The notes under the pieces are model-generated. The model saw only the letters and a program-made list of their open reading frames with translations, searched no databases and was not told the DNA's origin. DNA of 63,356 nucleotides, counting the filler, from Octopus bimaculoides (lineage: Eukaryota): assembly GCF_001194135.2 (NCBI RefSeq). It is 4 parts of 4 records of this genome, joined end to end, with 100 filler letters (N's around TTAATTAATTAA, not from the genome) between each part and the next. Parts side by side here need not be neighbours in the genome. Positions count along the whole stretch, not along the records: positions 1 to 15,488 come from NC_068981.1; 3 more parts are not named here. The stretch is one strand, 5' to 3'. This document shows, piece by piece, positions 1-11,670 of this stretch. Position 1 is the stretch's first letter. Each line of letters starts with the position of its first letter. Both the position numbers and the translations under genes were made by a program.

Positions 1-136
1 TATATATATATATACAAGCACCAGTTACCGGCCTAAAGTTATCAAAATTATTAAATATTTACAAATATCTTCATAAAAGAAAACAAAATGACAGAAGCCT
101 ATAGAAGGAAGTTTTTGTGTTGTGTCATAATTTCAG

Positions 137-1403
137 AATTTGTCAGCCAGCAAACAAAGTGATTTTAAACTGAAAGACAAAAATGAAAGGGATGTTCTAA
201 ACTTCTGAGTTGCTAAATTAGTAACTTTGTCTCTATTTTAAAAAAAAATCCTTTCAAATTACCCAAATCTTGGAAACCTGTAAGCCCTCTGGATATTTTT
301 AAGCATACAATCATCACACAAATATATATCCAAATTCCTTACTAGTGTGTGGATAGCTTGCCAACATATATTGGCTTTCACGCTGCTTTAGCTCTGTTTT
401 TCCATTCTATCCACTGCTCGTAATAATACTAACAGATGCACAAGACCAAACATTTAAGGAACGGATTAGTATATGAATCCCTTCCATAAATCCCTTCAGT
501 ACATTATTCTATTGATCCTGAAAAGAAGAAAAAAACTAAGGTCACCTCAGCAGGATTCGCACTCAGTACACAAAGAGTTTGAAGAAATATTGGTCTCAAA
601 TTTTGGCACAAGGCCAGCAGGTTTTGAGGGAGAGTCAAATTGATTACATCAATCTCGGTGTTCAACTGGTACTTTTTATCGATCCTATAAGGATGAAAGG
701 TAAAGTCAACCTCGGTGGAATTTGAACGCAGAACGTAAATACGGACTAGATGCTGCTAAGCATTTTGTCTGGCGTGCTAACGATTCAGCCAGCACGCTGC
801 CTTCGAGTTGGAAGAAATATAGGAAGGCAATTTGTTTGACGCTGTACAATGCTTCTGACGAAATTGCATTTTTCAGGTTCTATGATGTATTCACTATTTG
901 TTCTCGATCTAAACTATAAAGTATTTACTTATATTAGAGGTAGGACACCCCTCTTTAATAATTGTTGACCATGCATCTGCGCATGTAAGTAGAGGGTGGG
1001 TAAAATTTTAAGGAGAAGACTAGCAGTTGCACATGCATACAAAGTCTTTGCTCCCCAAATTAACACTCACACACACATGCTTACACGCACACACTCTTTC
1101 TCTGTCTCTGTCTGTCTGTCTGTCTGTCTCTTTCACACACGCGAACGCACACACACATACTCAAACACACACAAATGTATATGCGTGGGAAACAAATTGA
1201 TACTCAAATCGTGTAAAGTATCGACCTGTTTAAATATATAAAACTTGAATTGTACATTTGTATAATTATAAAACCTGGGTTTAACCACTTTGTGTCTTTA
1301 GTTAATGTTTTGCATTTGAGAAATATTTATCAGGATGTCAGCTTCTTGACTCCCGGCGCGAACTCTCATGTTACAGTAAACACTTTTCCAATATTGAGAT
1401 GGT

Positions 1404-1443
<40 letters not shown>

Positions 1444-1458
1444 GTATGTCTATATATG

Positions 1459-1492
<34 letters not shown>

Positions 1493-1561
1493 TGTATTAA
1501 GGTAACATCACTCTGACTCGACATTTTACTGCTTTCCAGGAACGCAGAAGCAGTCATCGTA
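137..1561 (+). other. Possible chain of small spliced exons (137-158, 436-468, 877-939, 1334-1375, 1540-stop)
   Basis: AG acceptors with pyrimidine tracts (ttgcatttttcag, tactaacag, actgctttccag) and donor GAG|gtagga. Internal exons are 33, 63 and 42 nt, all phase 1, and join into an open frame ending in TAA. Some donors are weak and no protein is recognised. Confidence 0.2.
592..803 (-). mobile_element. tRNA-derived SINE, family A with (TTA)n-type 3' tail
   Basis: Reverse complement reads ggcagcgtgctggctgaatcgttagcacgccag...gttcaaattccaccgaggttgactttacctttcatcc...gctggccttgtgccaaaatttgagacc. It has Pol III A/B-box-like motifs and the same body as the copies at 22916, 37942-39560 and 46985. 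Confidence 0.85.
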
Positions 1562-1963
1562 ATTGAATTCAAAATTCTCTGAAAGGACGAACTCGACATT
1601 TCTCACCATCTGAAGAAAAACTAATCCCTGAGCTTTGTCCACGAGGTACTTGCCAAACAATAGCATGTAACCCTTCTGCTGGCAAAGATAAATTCATTCC
1701 TGGCTGCCCCACCCAGACGAAGCGAACAAATTAAGGGACGAAACGCTTGGAACCCTGAGATACTGAAGATTCTGAAGATACGGAAGATCTGATGTTGCGA
1801 TGAATTCTGATAAAAGTGTTTGTAATACCTCTGAATAGTCACTGCAGTTTCTGCGTGAGGTAAAGCAGCTCTGATTCTAATTTCACCTGTACTGCATTAT
1901 GCGGAAGGATGGTAGCCCACAAGGTTACACAAACATTCTCATGCATGCATGCATGCATGTTTG

Positions 1964-2160
1964 TTCGAAACGCTTAGTTTAGAATAGGGGCAGCTGATGA
2001 AGGAAATATTCTCTATGTGGCCTGTTTATTTTTCTGTGCTCTGTTTATGTTTTGTTTTTCATTTTGCCCACATTTTTTTGCAACGTCCTGTACCCAGATA
2101 TGCATCTATATATACATGTAGATGTAAGTTTGTACATACATGTACGTATATATGCATATA
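1964..2160 (+). repeat. Dispersed repeat, possible PLE terminal-repeat fragment (homologous to 54030-54183)
   Basis: ttcgaaacgcttagtttagaataggggcagctgatgaaggaaatattc...aacgtcctgtacccagatatgcat aligns to the reverse complement of 54030-54183. Confidence 0.7.
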
Positions 2161-2175
2161 CTCACATATTATTTG

Positions 2176-2217
<42 letters not shown>

Positions 2218-2262
2218 GCACACATATGTCTCTGTGTGTGTGTATATATATATATATGTATG

Positions 2263-2308
<46 letters not shown>

Positions 2309-3289
2309 TGTGTGTGTGTGTGTGTGTGTGTGCGTGCGCGCGTGCGTGCGTGCGTATGTATGTATGTTTTGATGTACATGAAGAGAAATACACGTATTCA
2401 CATACACACATGAACATATATATTTATAAAGGGTAAATACTTATGTATACCATGCTCGGATGCCATTAATAATGTGAGTTGTTTGACATTTCGTGATCAA
2501 ATTTATCTATGGATGGGTGGTCATCCATGCTAATTGTTTTACCGAACATCCAGTAACTATTTCTGACAGTTGGGAAACTGAGGCATTTTTAACAAGCAGG
2601 AGTCTGTGTGTGGTGGCTCGATCTACTAGAATGTTTTTAGTCATAAATTGATTGTTCAGGGCCAACTATGAGGTAGATAACAACAAATCTGTAGACCTAT
2701 GGTGTTCAATGTTTCATCCACTCTATCTCCCCATTTCTCATCACACATACGACCTCTCTCTGTTCCTCTCTCACGCATGCACCCACTCATGTTTATGTGT
2801 GTGTTTTGCAAATTGTTGTGTCATCACGTAACCCGATGCATTAATTGGGTCGTTGCTCTCGAAGTAAACTTCACTCTAAAAGACGAAACCTTTGTGTAAC
2901 CTATCACACACCTTTCAAAAACTATCCAGTCTCAAAGCCGGGATCAAACACCAGAGTTCGTTCCCTCAGTACAATATCTATTGATATTATTTCAGTTTAC
3001 TTATACGACGTCACACTATCATAGCGGATTAAAGTTCACCTCTTGAGAAATTGATGCTATGTCATCAGGTTTCATTTGACGTATCAGACACGAAATGTAA
3101 TCCTGCACATTTCGGAGAGGAGAAGGAAGAACAGGAGTGCGTTTTGTATCACGTTGTCAGGTCATTTAGGACAAGGGGTTAATAAGCTGGTTTTTGCTGG
3201 TTTTAAGAAATAATAAGCAACAAAAATCTTGACAATCTTAATGCATAGTATTAAACTCATCACCAATGTGGACTCAAACGTTTCTGTTT

Positions 3290-3789
3290 GCCTCCTCCTC
3301 CTCCTCTTTCAACTTCTGTGATCGACCCTTTTGGCTTCTTACTAAAAGAATTTTCAGTAATTTTGCAGAACTTTTTCTTCCACTTCACAACACAATCGTT
3401 CTGTGACTGCAAGTCTACTCGAATTCTGTTTTTTTCCACATTTTCAAATTCACCACATTGTACACACATACACACACACACACGCATACAGCAAGCGCAA
3501 TAATACTTCTATCACCTGAAACCAACAAGGTCGCTAATCCTAGCGGTGTCCCTTCCACTACTGGTAAACATTGTGCCCGAAAACTAGCCTTTACATTTAC
3601 CAGACACTTCTGTGTTTCTCTCTCCACAAAGATATAGTCTGATCTTTTAGAAACACTCTACACCGTACTCCATTCAAAAGGGTAACAACCTCTCTGACCC
3701 ATCCAATTATCTCGTTTTCGCACTCACTTCGTAATATCTCTATGGTAATGGTGACAACCTCTCACAACGACGTCCTCCAATACCTTGCA

Positions 3790-3851
<62 letters not shown>

Positions 3852-4990
3852 TCTCTCTCTCTCTCTCTCCCTGTAGTGACCAAGTGTACGATTTTGTTAA
3901 AGCCGAATTTACTGGTGCTCTATTCTCCTCTGTCACCCGCGAGTGGGCTCTGGCCTTGGACAAATTTGGTGAAAGCAATACTATCAAGAAAGATTTCGAC
4001 TGTGTCTGCCAAGCAAAGCTATCGAAACTGTCCACCTACGAGCTCCACTCATTTCTTATCATTTTGGATCGGTAACTTCATATCAGATCGCATCCCATGT
4101 GAATCGATAGAGCTTTTTCTGTTCCATCAGTCTATCAGCTCTAGCGTGCCTCAAGATTCGGTTTTGTCCTCACTCTTCATTCAATACATCAATAATCTAT
4201 TTGCAGCTACGTTAAACAAGACACTTTTACGCAAGTGAAACTATTCTATATTCTTTTCTAACATTTCCCAATAATGCATTAGCCACTCTCTATCTTGACA
4301 CCACACAAACTTCTATTAACAGAGACCTTGAAAACATCTTCTCATAGGAATATGCCAATCTTATTTCTTTCAACTGCAAGAGAGCACAAACGTGTTTTCT
4401 TCATATGAAGAAAACACCGTTCCACCACACCCACTTAATAACAATTGTTAGGGTTCACTATTAATGAGAATCTTTCCTGATGAAAGCACACTTTTAACCG
4501 CATCCAGCGACCAGCACTTCTCTTCAGAGTCAGAAGATACTTTATCCTTACCAACAATTATTGATACTCTATAAAACTCAAATGAAGCCCAAAATGACGT
4601 ATTGCTCTTACATCTGGAATAGTGTTGATGCTGTACACACAGTCATTCTAGATTGCATCCACAAAGTCACTCACAAGTATCTCTCAACCTACGGTTACAC
4701 ACATGCCTTCTACTGCTTCTGTAATTCTCACAGTTCCTCGAATCTGGCTAAGCACATTCCACTTCTACTCAAGTACTCCTGCCCCACTTCTCTCTTCTCC
4801 ACCAACATCCGCACTTGTCTCTGCGTCCAAACTTTTCTCCCAGTATGCCGGCTGTCTGAAATTCCGTCCTTGCTCAGGATTTTCCTGCACGTGTTGTCTT
4901 ACGAAAATTCAAGGTCATTATTGACATCAGTGTCCCCAGTCTAGGAATGGTCTACCAAGGCCAAGGGCACTGTCCCTTCCACCAGAATCA
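3290..4990 (+). mobile_element. Decayed CR1/L2/Jockey-group LINE reverse transcriptase region, interrupted by (CT)n
   Basis: Frame-broken motifs NPSGVPSTTGKHCA (GPDGVP..LK.CA), QKGNNLSDPSNY..FALTS (KKG.RS.PSNYRPIALTS), SSVPQDSVLSSLFIQYINNL (SGVPQGSVLSP..F..IND) and LYKTQMKPKMTYCSYIW. Confidence 0.8.
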
Positions 4991-5162
4991 TCAAGTAATC
5001 ATAATTGGTCAAAATCATAACTATTTTCTAACTAGTTTAGGAGTAGTTTTAGCGAAATAAAATATAGCTTTCGAGGTTAACGTATATATATTGAATTATT
5101 TTGTCATAGACATATAACTTCAGTTGCCAGCTTGTGAGAATGTCATACTCAACAAATGTGTA

Positions 5163-5581
5163 TCTTACTCTTTTACTTGTTTCAGTCATTGGACTGCGGC
5201 CATGCTGGAGCACCGTCTTTAGTCGAGCAAATCGACCCCAGGACTTATTCTTTGTAAGCCTAGTACTTATTCTACCGGTCTCTTTTGCCGAACCGCTAAG
5301 TGCCGGGGACGTAAACACACCAGCATCGGTTGTCAAGTGATGTTGGGGGAGGGAACAAACACAGACACACAAACACACAAACACACACACATATATACAT
5401 ACATATACATATATACAACGGGCTTCTTTTAGTTTCCGTCTACCAAATCCACTGACAAGGCTTTGGTCGGCCCGAGGCTATAGTAAAAGACAATTGCCCA
5501 AGGTGCCACGCAGTGGGACTGAACCTGGAACCATGTACTTGGTAAGCAAGCTACTTACCACACAGCCACTCCTGCGCCTAT
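5163..5581 (-). mobile_element. Full-length tRNA-derived SINE, family B (CORE-like body, RTE-like tail)
   Basis: Reverse complement: ataggcgcaggagtggctgtgtggtaagtagcttgcttacc...ggttcagtcccactgcgtggcaccttgggcaa... It ends gtgctccagcatggccgcagtccaatgactgaaacaagtaaaagagtaag. Confidence 0.85.
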
Positions 5582-5889
5582 CTTAATTCATATATGTCTT
5601 TTTTTTTGTGGGCGTCGAACATGTTCACTTCATTAAATCTTCGTAGAAGGATTAGAGAGAATTTAAAAGAAATTAACAAACTGACTTCTCGGGATTTAGG
5701 CATCCATTGGTCAGTTCAGGTCATGCGGATATTTTGCTCTCATATCACCGTCAGTTATTTTATTGTTAAGTCTAAGTGGTGGAACAGACAGGATGTTGGC
5801 GTCACTTTGTTGGCATTCTACAGGACGATATGTCCAGCAGCATCAGTTCTTTACATTGGATACTACAGATGGTAAGGTATACAAGACGT

Positions 5890-6340
5890 TATCGTCAGTT
5901 ATCAATGAGTAGTAATTCTGCAGGATTAGATATTTTTGACATTTTAATCGCAGAAGTTATCACGAAGGGAGCAATTGGTTACAATATGCGAAGGCTGTAC
6001 CTTCTAATAGCAGCAGGAATTGTATTCTCAGCCAGTATTTTTGTGCCATTAACGAAACATGACTTCGACGGTAGGAATAACAAAGATCATTTCCTGTTGA
6101 TAAATATTGCGGTCTGGTGGTGTATGTGCATTTTCTTATAGAGGCAGAGTTGGAAATTACAATTTTCATTTGAATAAGAAGGTCTGTCCCATGTGGCATT
6201 CTAGAAGTCGATTCGATTGTCCCCCAGTCTCCAGATGAAGACAGGGAGGTGGAAATGTAGACTGAGGTTAACAAAGAAGGGATGGATAAGGCCCAAAAAT
6301 GGCGAAACATCGATGTCCATCACTCCCAAATAGGATTGAG
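5890..6340 (+). pseudogene. Possible decayed LINE apurinic-endonuclease domain remnant
   Basis: Frame-shifted pieces LDIFDILIAEVIT..IGYNM, RSGGVCAF and ILEVDSIVPQSPDED loosely follow EN motif order (D....ET, GGV, YRPP). Heavily decayed. Confidence 0.3.
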
Positions 6341-6471
6341 GGTGAGTTATCTCACCTGTCTATGGCTCTAAGGTGTTTTAACACCGGCGACATGAGAGTT
6401 ATATACTTCGCCACGCCATTGCAACCAGCGGAAAATAGACAAAGTATGTACATTAGTATATGTATTTAACA

Positions 6472-6505
<34 letters not shown>

Positions 6506-6752
6506 NNNNNNNNNNNNNNNNNNNNNNNNNNNNNNNNNNNNNNNNNNNNNNNNNNNNNNNNNNNNNNNNNNNNNNNNNNNNNNNNNNNNNNNNNNNNNNN
6601 NNNNNNNNNNNNNNNNNNNNNNNNNNNNNNNNNNNNNNNNNNNNNNNNNNNNNNNNNNNNNNNNNNNNNNNNNNNNNNNNNNNNNNNNNNNNNNNNNNNN
6701 NNNNNNNNNNNNNNNNNNNNNNNNNNNNNNNNNTATATATATATATATATAT

Positions 6753-6792
<40 letters not shown>

Positions 6793-6879
6793 GGAGAGAG
6801 ACAGTTGAGACAAACAGACTAATAGACAGACAGACAGACAGAAACAAAATAATTAACATTAGTACTTCTTAAACCTCCA

Positions 6880-6990
6880 AAAAAATGAATGGTGAGGTTG
6901 ACCTTAGCGGAATCTAACTTAGAGAACATAGAGAGGAATGAATAATTATTTAAGGCATTCTTTCCGATGTTCTAACGACTGCCTTTGACA
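6880..6990 (-). mobile_element. SINE family A 5' fragment
   Basis: gaatggtgaggttgaccttagcggaatct...aaggcattctttccgatgttctaacgactgcc resembles the reverse-strand family A head. Confidence 0.5.
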
Positions 6991-7652
6991 TATTTCAGCA
7001 AGACGACCCTTCGTTGGTGACTCAACGATCCATTTAGATTTATGCAAACACCTCAGCTATTTATTCATGCACATTTTCATCGCCAACGGAGAATGTTGGG
7101 GGAACAGAAGGAAAAGGAAAGTATGTAACACGAAGGAAAAAGTAGAGAAGTAAGCAAGAAGACGTGCTAAAGCGTATGTAGAAGCCACTGACCTACATAT
7201 GCTAAATTTTAGGGTAAACTATCAAGATCTTAGATCATAATTGAAATCAACAATGAAAGAATGTTAAAAACACTGAAAGAAAACTAAATAATTTGACAGC
7301 CATCTCCACAAATTGGACAAAATTTAATGATTTAATAGCGAAGATATTAAATGACAGAGTTATAAGTAAAAATCAGAGGTCAGTTGACTTAGTGCCATGT
7401 TCAGTTGATTTACATAAATGGACACCTACCTACCTACATGTATAATGTTTACACAATACACATGCATGTATAAATGTATGTATGTATATTTACATACACA
7501 CACATAAATATGCACATATATATACATGCATAAACATATACGTATATAAATACACAAATACATGCATATGCATATAGTATATGTACGTATGTATGTGTGT
7601 ATGTATGTATGTATGTATGTATGTATGTATGTATGTGTGCATGGATGGATGG

Positions 7653-7687
<35 letters not shown>

Positions 7688-8065
7688 CTACATGCATATT
7701 CAACATGTGTAACCATTAATCCTCTCACCGTCTCTCTTCTTTCTTCATTCTTTTCTGTAGAAATGCAAAGGCTCAAAACGTCGAAGACTGTTCCATTTTC
7801 CAGAGCTTCAAACTAATACACTTTTCTTGTTCTTTCACACACACACACACACACACACATACATACATACATACATATATANNNNNNNNNNNNNNNNNNN
7901 NNNNNNNNNNNNNNNNNNNNNNNNNNNNNNNNNNNNNNNNNNNNNNNNNNNNNNNNNNNNNNNNNNNNNNNNNNNNNNNNNNNNNNNNNNNNNNNNNNNN
8001 NNNNNNNNNNNNNNNNNNNNNNNNNNNNNNNNNNNNNNNNNNNNNNNNNNNNNNNNNNNNNNNNN

Positions 8066-8121
<56 letters not shown>

Positions 8122-8124
8122 TAT

Positions 8125-8500
8125 ATATACATATTTGCACCTCTTGCTACGAGGAAGGTTCATCTGGAACTCTCGACAGACAGAAGTCTAGTTTTGCTTT
8201 GAAAACATCTACATTCACTTTTTGTAAGTCCTTCGGGCTCTTTGGGAGAATATTAATAAGCTGCGGGACCTTGTTGCAGTTGCTGGTCCTGAAGCGCGAT
8301 GGCATTCCTGGGATATTTGGCACCGTGCAGTGTCGACTCGCTAGAGCATTTGTGTAGCTCAGTGCCAAAATTTGGCGCAATTCCTTCTACGATTTCCCAA
8401 ATGTATATTGCTGCATACCTCTCCCACCATCGCTCCAGGGATCAGAGTCTTAGCTGTTTCAGCCTTTCCCAGCAGCTGAGCAGTTGCAATGAAACGATCA
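8125..8500 (-). mobile_element. CR1 LINE 3' end fragment
   Basis: Minus-strand frames give LRL*SLERWWERYAAIYIW (LKLYSLERRRERY..IYIWK) and ...NKVPQLINILPKSPKDLQKVNVDVFKAKLDFCLSRVPDEP, the typical CR1 ORF2 C-terminus. Confidence 0.8.
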
Positions 8501-8584
8501 TTTTTGTGAATTATATATTATGTAATATATATATATATTATATATATAATATTATATTTTATATATATATACATATATATATGA

Positions 8585-10326
8585 GTAAAATATGAGTTAG
8601 AGGTTATGCAACCGTCTAAGGGATAAAAGTATTCGTAGGCGCTACCGGTGTATTACCTCGCTATGTATAGTCCTAGTTATCAGGTATATAGTTGTTGGTA
8701 ATTTAAAGGTAAAACCGTGGTTTAATATATATAGAAAAGAAAAGGAATGGAGCAATAATAAACAATGTGAAGTTCATCATTGGTATTAAAAGGTCATGAG
8801 TTAATTGTAGTTCAGAACTATTTACAGCTGTTTCTGTTTATCAAATGGAAGTAAATTTGCATTTATCCCGTTCCATTTAACAAACATCATCAGAATGATT
8901 TAGAGGAATATAAATAGGAGAAAAAGGGAAATGAAAGGAACTGGAAAAGGCGAAAGTTCGTTAAGTCTTTAGGCTTACATTTTAGTGACATTTTAGGTTC
9001 CACGTATGTGCACGTTTCTTCAATTAGATGAGTGGAACAGTAAGTGGGGAAAATGACTAGTTGACCGGTGGTGTTAGTCGAAAGAGCTATACCTGGTGGA
9101 GATATCCGGTGTTGGTAATTGTTGTATATAACGCTGTTAGTGACTGCTGGGTTAATTCCTATGATTACAAAAAATGCCCTTGTTAAAAACTAAGGATACT
9201 TTTTGAAGTTAGTACGACATAATGTATATATATATATGGGCTACGTAAAGGAAAAATAAAAAAAAGTAAATTCGGTTTAATGTACAGTTCGTGTAGTCCC
9301 GTGGTTAGATTATAGTTGGTATCTAAGTAGTTAATAGAATTATGCTCTTTTTCTATTGTGATGGTTAAGCCAAAACGTTTAAAGAACTTATATAGTGTTT
9401 TCTTTGGTAGTTCTAGTATCCTATTTGAGGTGTTTTTAAGGATAAATAATGCGTCGTCTCTGGGAATTCTTCATGCAAATGTGATAATAAGTAAATGCCT
9501 ACTAACTCGGATGCCTGTGCTGAAACAGGGGCTCCTATAGTGATGTTGAAGTAATTGGGGGTATCCTTTCTTACCCATAATTTGTTATCGAATTTTATAA
9601 TAGATTTCCTAGCTTCAATGATTACCTTAATTTCATTTATTGTTAGTTCGGTATGTTTTTTGGCGAAAATAAGAGCGCTATTTAGAATCGTAGGGTTAAT
9701 CGATGAGTAGTAGTTCTCTATGTTTATTTGTAGGAATTTATAGCTATTTTTATTCTGTATCTTGGAGAACTAGTTAAGGGCGTCATAGGTATTTGACCAT
9801 AATTTAAGGGTGATTTTATTTTTTATAGTAGGGATATATCTATCTGATATTAATTTATTCAGCTTACATAGATCGGATTTATTGGGGCAGATTTGTCTAA
9901 CTTTCGTGTCTGCTAAGAAATTTACTTTATGGTCCTTAATTTTTATGCAGGATCTGGAAGGTGCGAAAGGTTCAGTTTTCTCTTCTATGTTATAGTTGGT
10001 CATAATCTTCTTGGCGGATAAGTTCAAAGAACTTCAAGTGTTATTAGGTACTATTTTGTATTTTTTCGTTATTTCTTTATGCAACAACCGGTGGTATAAA
10101 TTAATATCCAAATTATATGTTCCTGGTTTCATCGGAGTGTACAATAATTCCCTTTTGCGATTTCAGTTTGTGTAGTTGGTCCTTTAAGCTTCTTTGGTAA
10201 GTAATATTCCTTAGTGGGTGTCGTTTAAATTTTAGGTTCTTAATAGTATCCCATAGTTCGTTCTCAAAGGCGTCCTGGTGGCTGTTTGGTAGGGGTGTTT
10301 TTCTGGTTTTGAAAATTCCTTCGGTA
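8585..10326 (-). mobile_element. Penelope-like retroelement (Naiad/Chlamys-type RT), 5'-truncated, internally deleted, with 3' terminal repeat containing an HHR
   Basis: Minus-strand frames: LWSNTYDAL, FLQINIENYYSSI, FNITIGAPVSAQASELVGIYLL (FDVTMGSYDGAE.CELVG.Y.L) and INYLDTNYNLTTGLHELYIKPN. A GIY-YIG-end remnant lies near 8950-9150. Confidence 0.85.
8816..8900 (-). ncRNA. Minimal type I hammerhead ribozyme, catalytic core intact
   Basis: Minus strand: aatcatt CTGATGA tgtttgttaaatggaa [20 nt] ttccatttgataaaca GAAAC AGCT GTA aatagtt. Stem II is 16/16 paired (2 GU), loop 3 is palindromic, the cleavage triplet is GUA, and stem I is 6/7 paired. Confidence 0.8.
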
Positions 10327-10328
10327 AA

Positions 10329-10365
10329 GTCAAATGACTGAAACAACTAAAAAAATAAAGAAAAG
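10329..10365 (+). mobile_element. SINE B / RTE 3' tail stub
   Basis: gtcaaatgactgaaacaactaaaaaaataaagaaaagaat matches the family B tail. Confidence 0.65.
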
Positions 10366-10392
10366 AATATATATATTATGTATATTACATAT

Positions 10393-10448
10393 TCTTCTAC
10401 TTTTACTTATTTCAGTCATTTGACTGAGGCCATGCTGGAGAACCGCCC
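10393..10448 (-). mobile_element. SINE B / RTE 3' tail stub
   Basis: ttctacttttacttatttcagtcatttgactgaggccatgctggagaaccgcc is the reverse of the family B tail. Confidence 0.75.
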
Positions 10449-10529
10449 TTATATATTATATATATATATATGTATCATATATATAAATATTATATGCATA
10501 TATATGTACATATTATATATATATATATA

Positions 10530-10567
<38 letters not shown>

Positions 10568-11157
10568 NNNNNNNNNNNNNNNNNNNNNNNNNNNNNNNNN
10601 NNNNNNNNNNNNNNNNNNNNNNNNNNNNNNNNNNNNNNNNNNNNNNNNNNNNNNNNNNNNNNNNNNNNNNNNNNNNNNNNNNNNNNNNNNNNNNNNNNNN
10701 NNNNNNNNNNNNNNNNNNNNNNNNNNNNNNNNNNNNNNNNNNNNNNNNNNNNNNNNNNNNNNNNNNNNNNNNNNNNNNNNNNNNNNNNNNNNNNNNNNNN
10801 NNNNNNNNNNNNNNNNNNNNNNNNNNNNNNNNNNNNNNNNNNNNNNNNNNNNNNNNNNNNNNNNNNNNNNNNNNNNNNNNNNNNNNNNNNNNNNNNNNNN
10901 NNNNNNNNNNNNNNNNNNNNNNNNNNNNNNNNNNNNNNNNNNNNNNNNNNNNNNNNNNNNNNNNNNNNNNNNNNNNNNNNNNNNNNNNNNNNNNNNNNNN
11001 NNNNNNNNNNNNNNNNNNNNNNNNNNNNNNNNNNNNNNNNNNNNNNNNNNNNNNNNNNNNNNNNNNNNNNNNNNNNNNNNNNNNNNNNNNNNNNNNNNNN
11101 NNNNNNNNNNNNNNNNNNNNNNNNNNNNNNNNNNNNNNNNNNNNNNNNNNNNNNNNN

Positions 11158-11198
<41 letters not shown>

Positions 11199-11205
11199 TA
11201 TAAAT

Positions 11206-11335
11206 GATCGTGGGTAAGGCCAGAAAATGCGAGGCAAATCAAAAGAAACAAATATATATACTTATACATATTTGTTTCTTGTAATTTGCCCCGTTCTGGC
11301 CTTACTCACGCATTGTTTTGGCCTTACCCACGATC
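11206..11335. mobile_element. 130-bp MITE-like palindromic element
   Basis: Left end gatcgtgggtaaggccagaaaatgcg matches the reverse complement of the right end, gatcgtgggtaaggccaaaacaatgcg. Internal arms ggcaaat/atttgcc and aagaaacaaatat/atatttgtttctt also pair. Confidence 0.75.
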
Positions 11336-11339
11336 CTAT

Positions 11340-11670
11340 ATACTACCACCCCGCTGGAACATAGACAAGTGAACAAACCAGTGGATTTCTTTGCCGCAAC
11401 ACCTATAACCAACGGGGCAGTTACGACGGATTACATTGACATTACTGAAGAAGATATACTACAGGCCAGAGACGAGGTGGACGCAAACTCAAGTGCTGAT
11501 CCTGATGGTTTCCCAGTAATCCTCCTCAAATCGGATAAGCGTGCACTAGCGAAACCTCTATAGATCCTCCTCCAGAGCTTTCTTGCAAATGGCAGGCTGC
11601 CAAGCAAACTGAAGGAGGGAATAATATACCCAATCCATAAAGGAGGAAGTACATCAGATGCCAGTACCAA
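11340..11670 (+). mobile_element. CR1 LINE RT N-terminal fragment
   Basis: IDITEEDILQARDEVDANSSADPDGFPVILLK...LAKPL*ILLQSFLANGRLPSKLKEGIIYPIHKGG. Confidence 0.85.

Noticed and set aside
1997-2417. Long ORFs such as [18 protein letters not shown] and X-runs throughout the ORF track
   Set aside because: Translations of dinucleotide and trinucleotide microsatellites and N gaps.
3005-3085. Minus-strand CTGATGA followed by a catagc/gctatg stem
   Set aside because: No GAAA after the stem and no consistent stem I, so insufficient for a hammerhead call.
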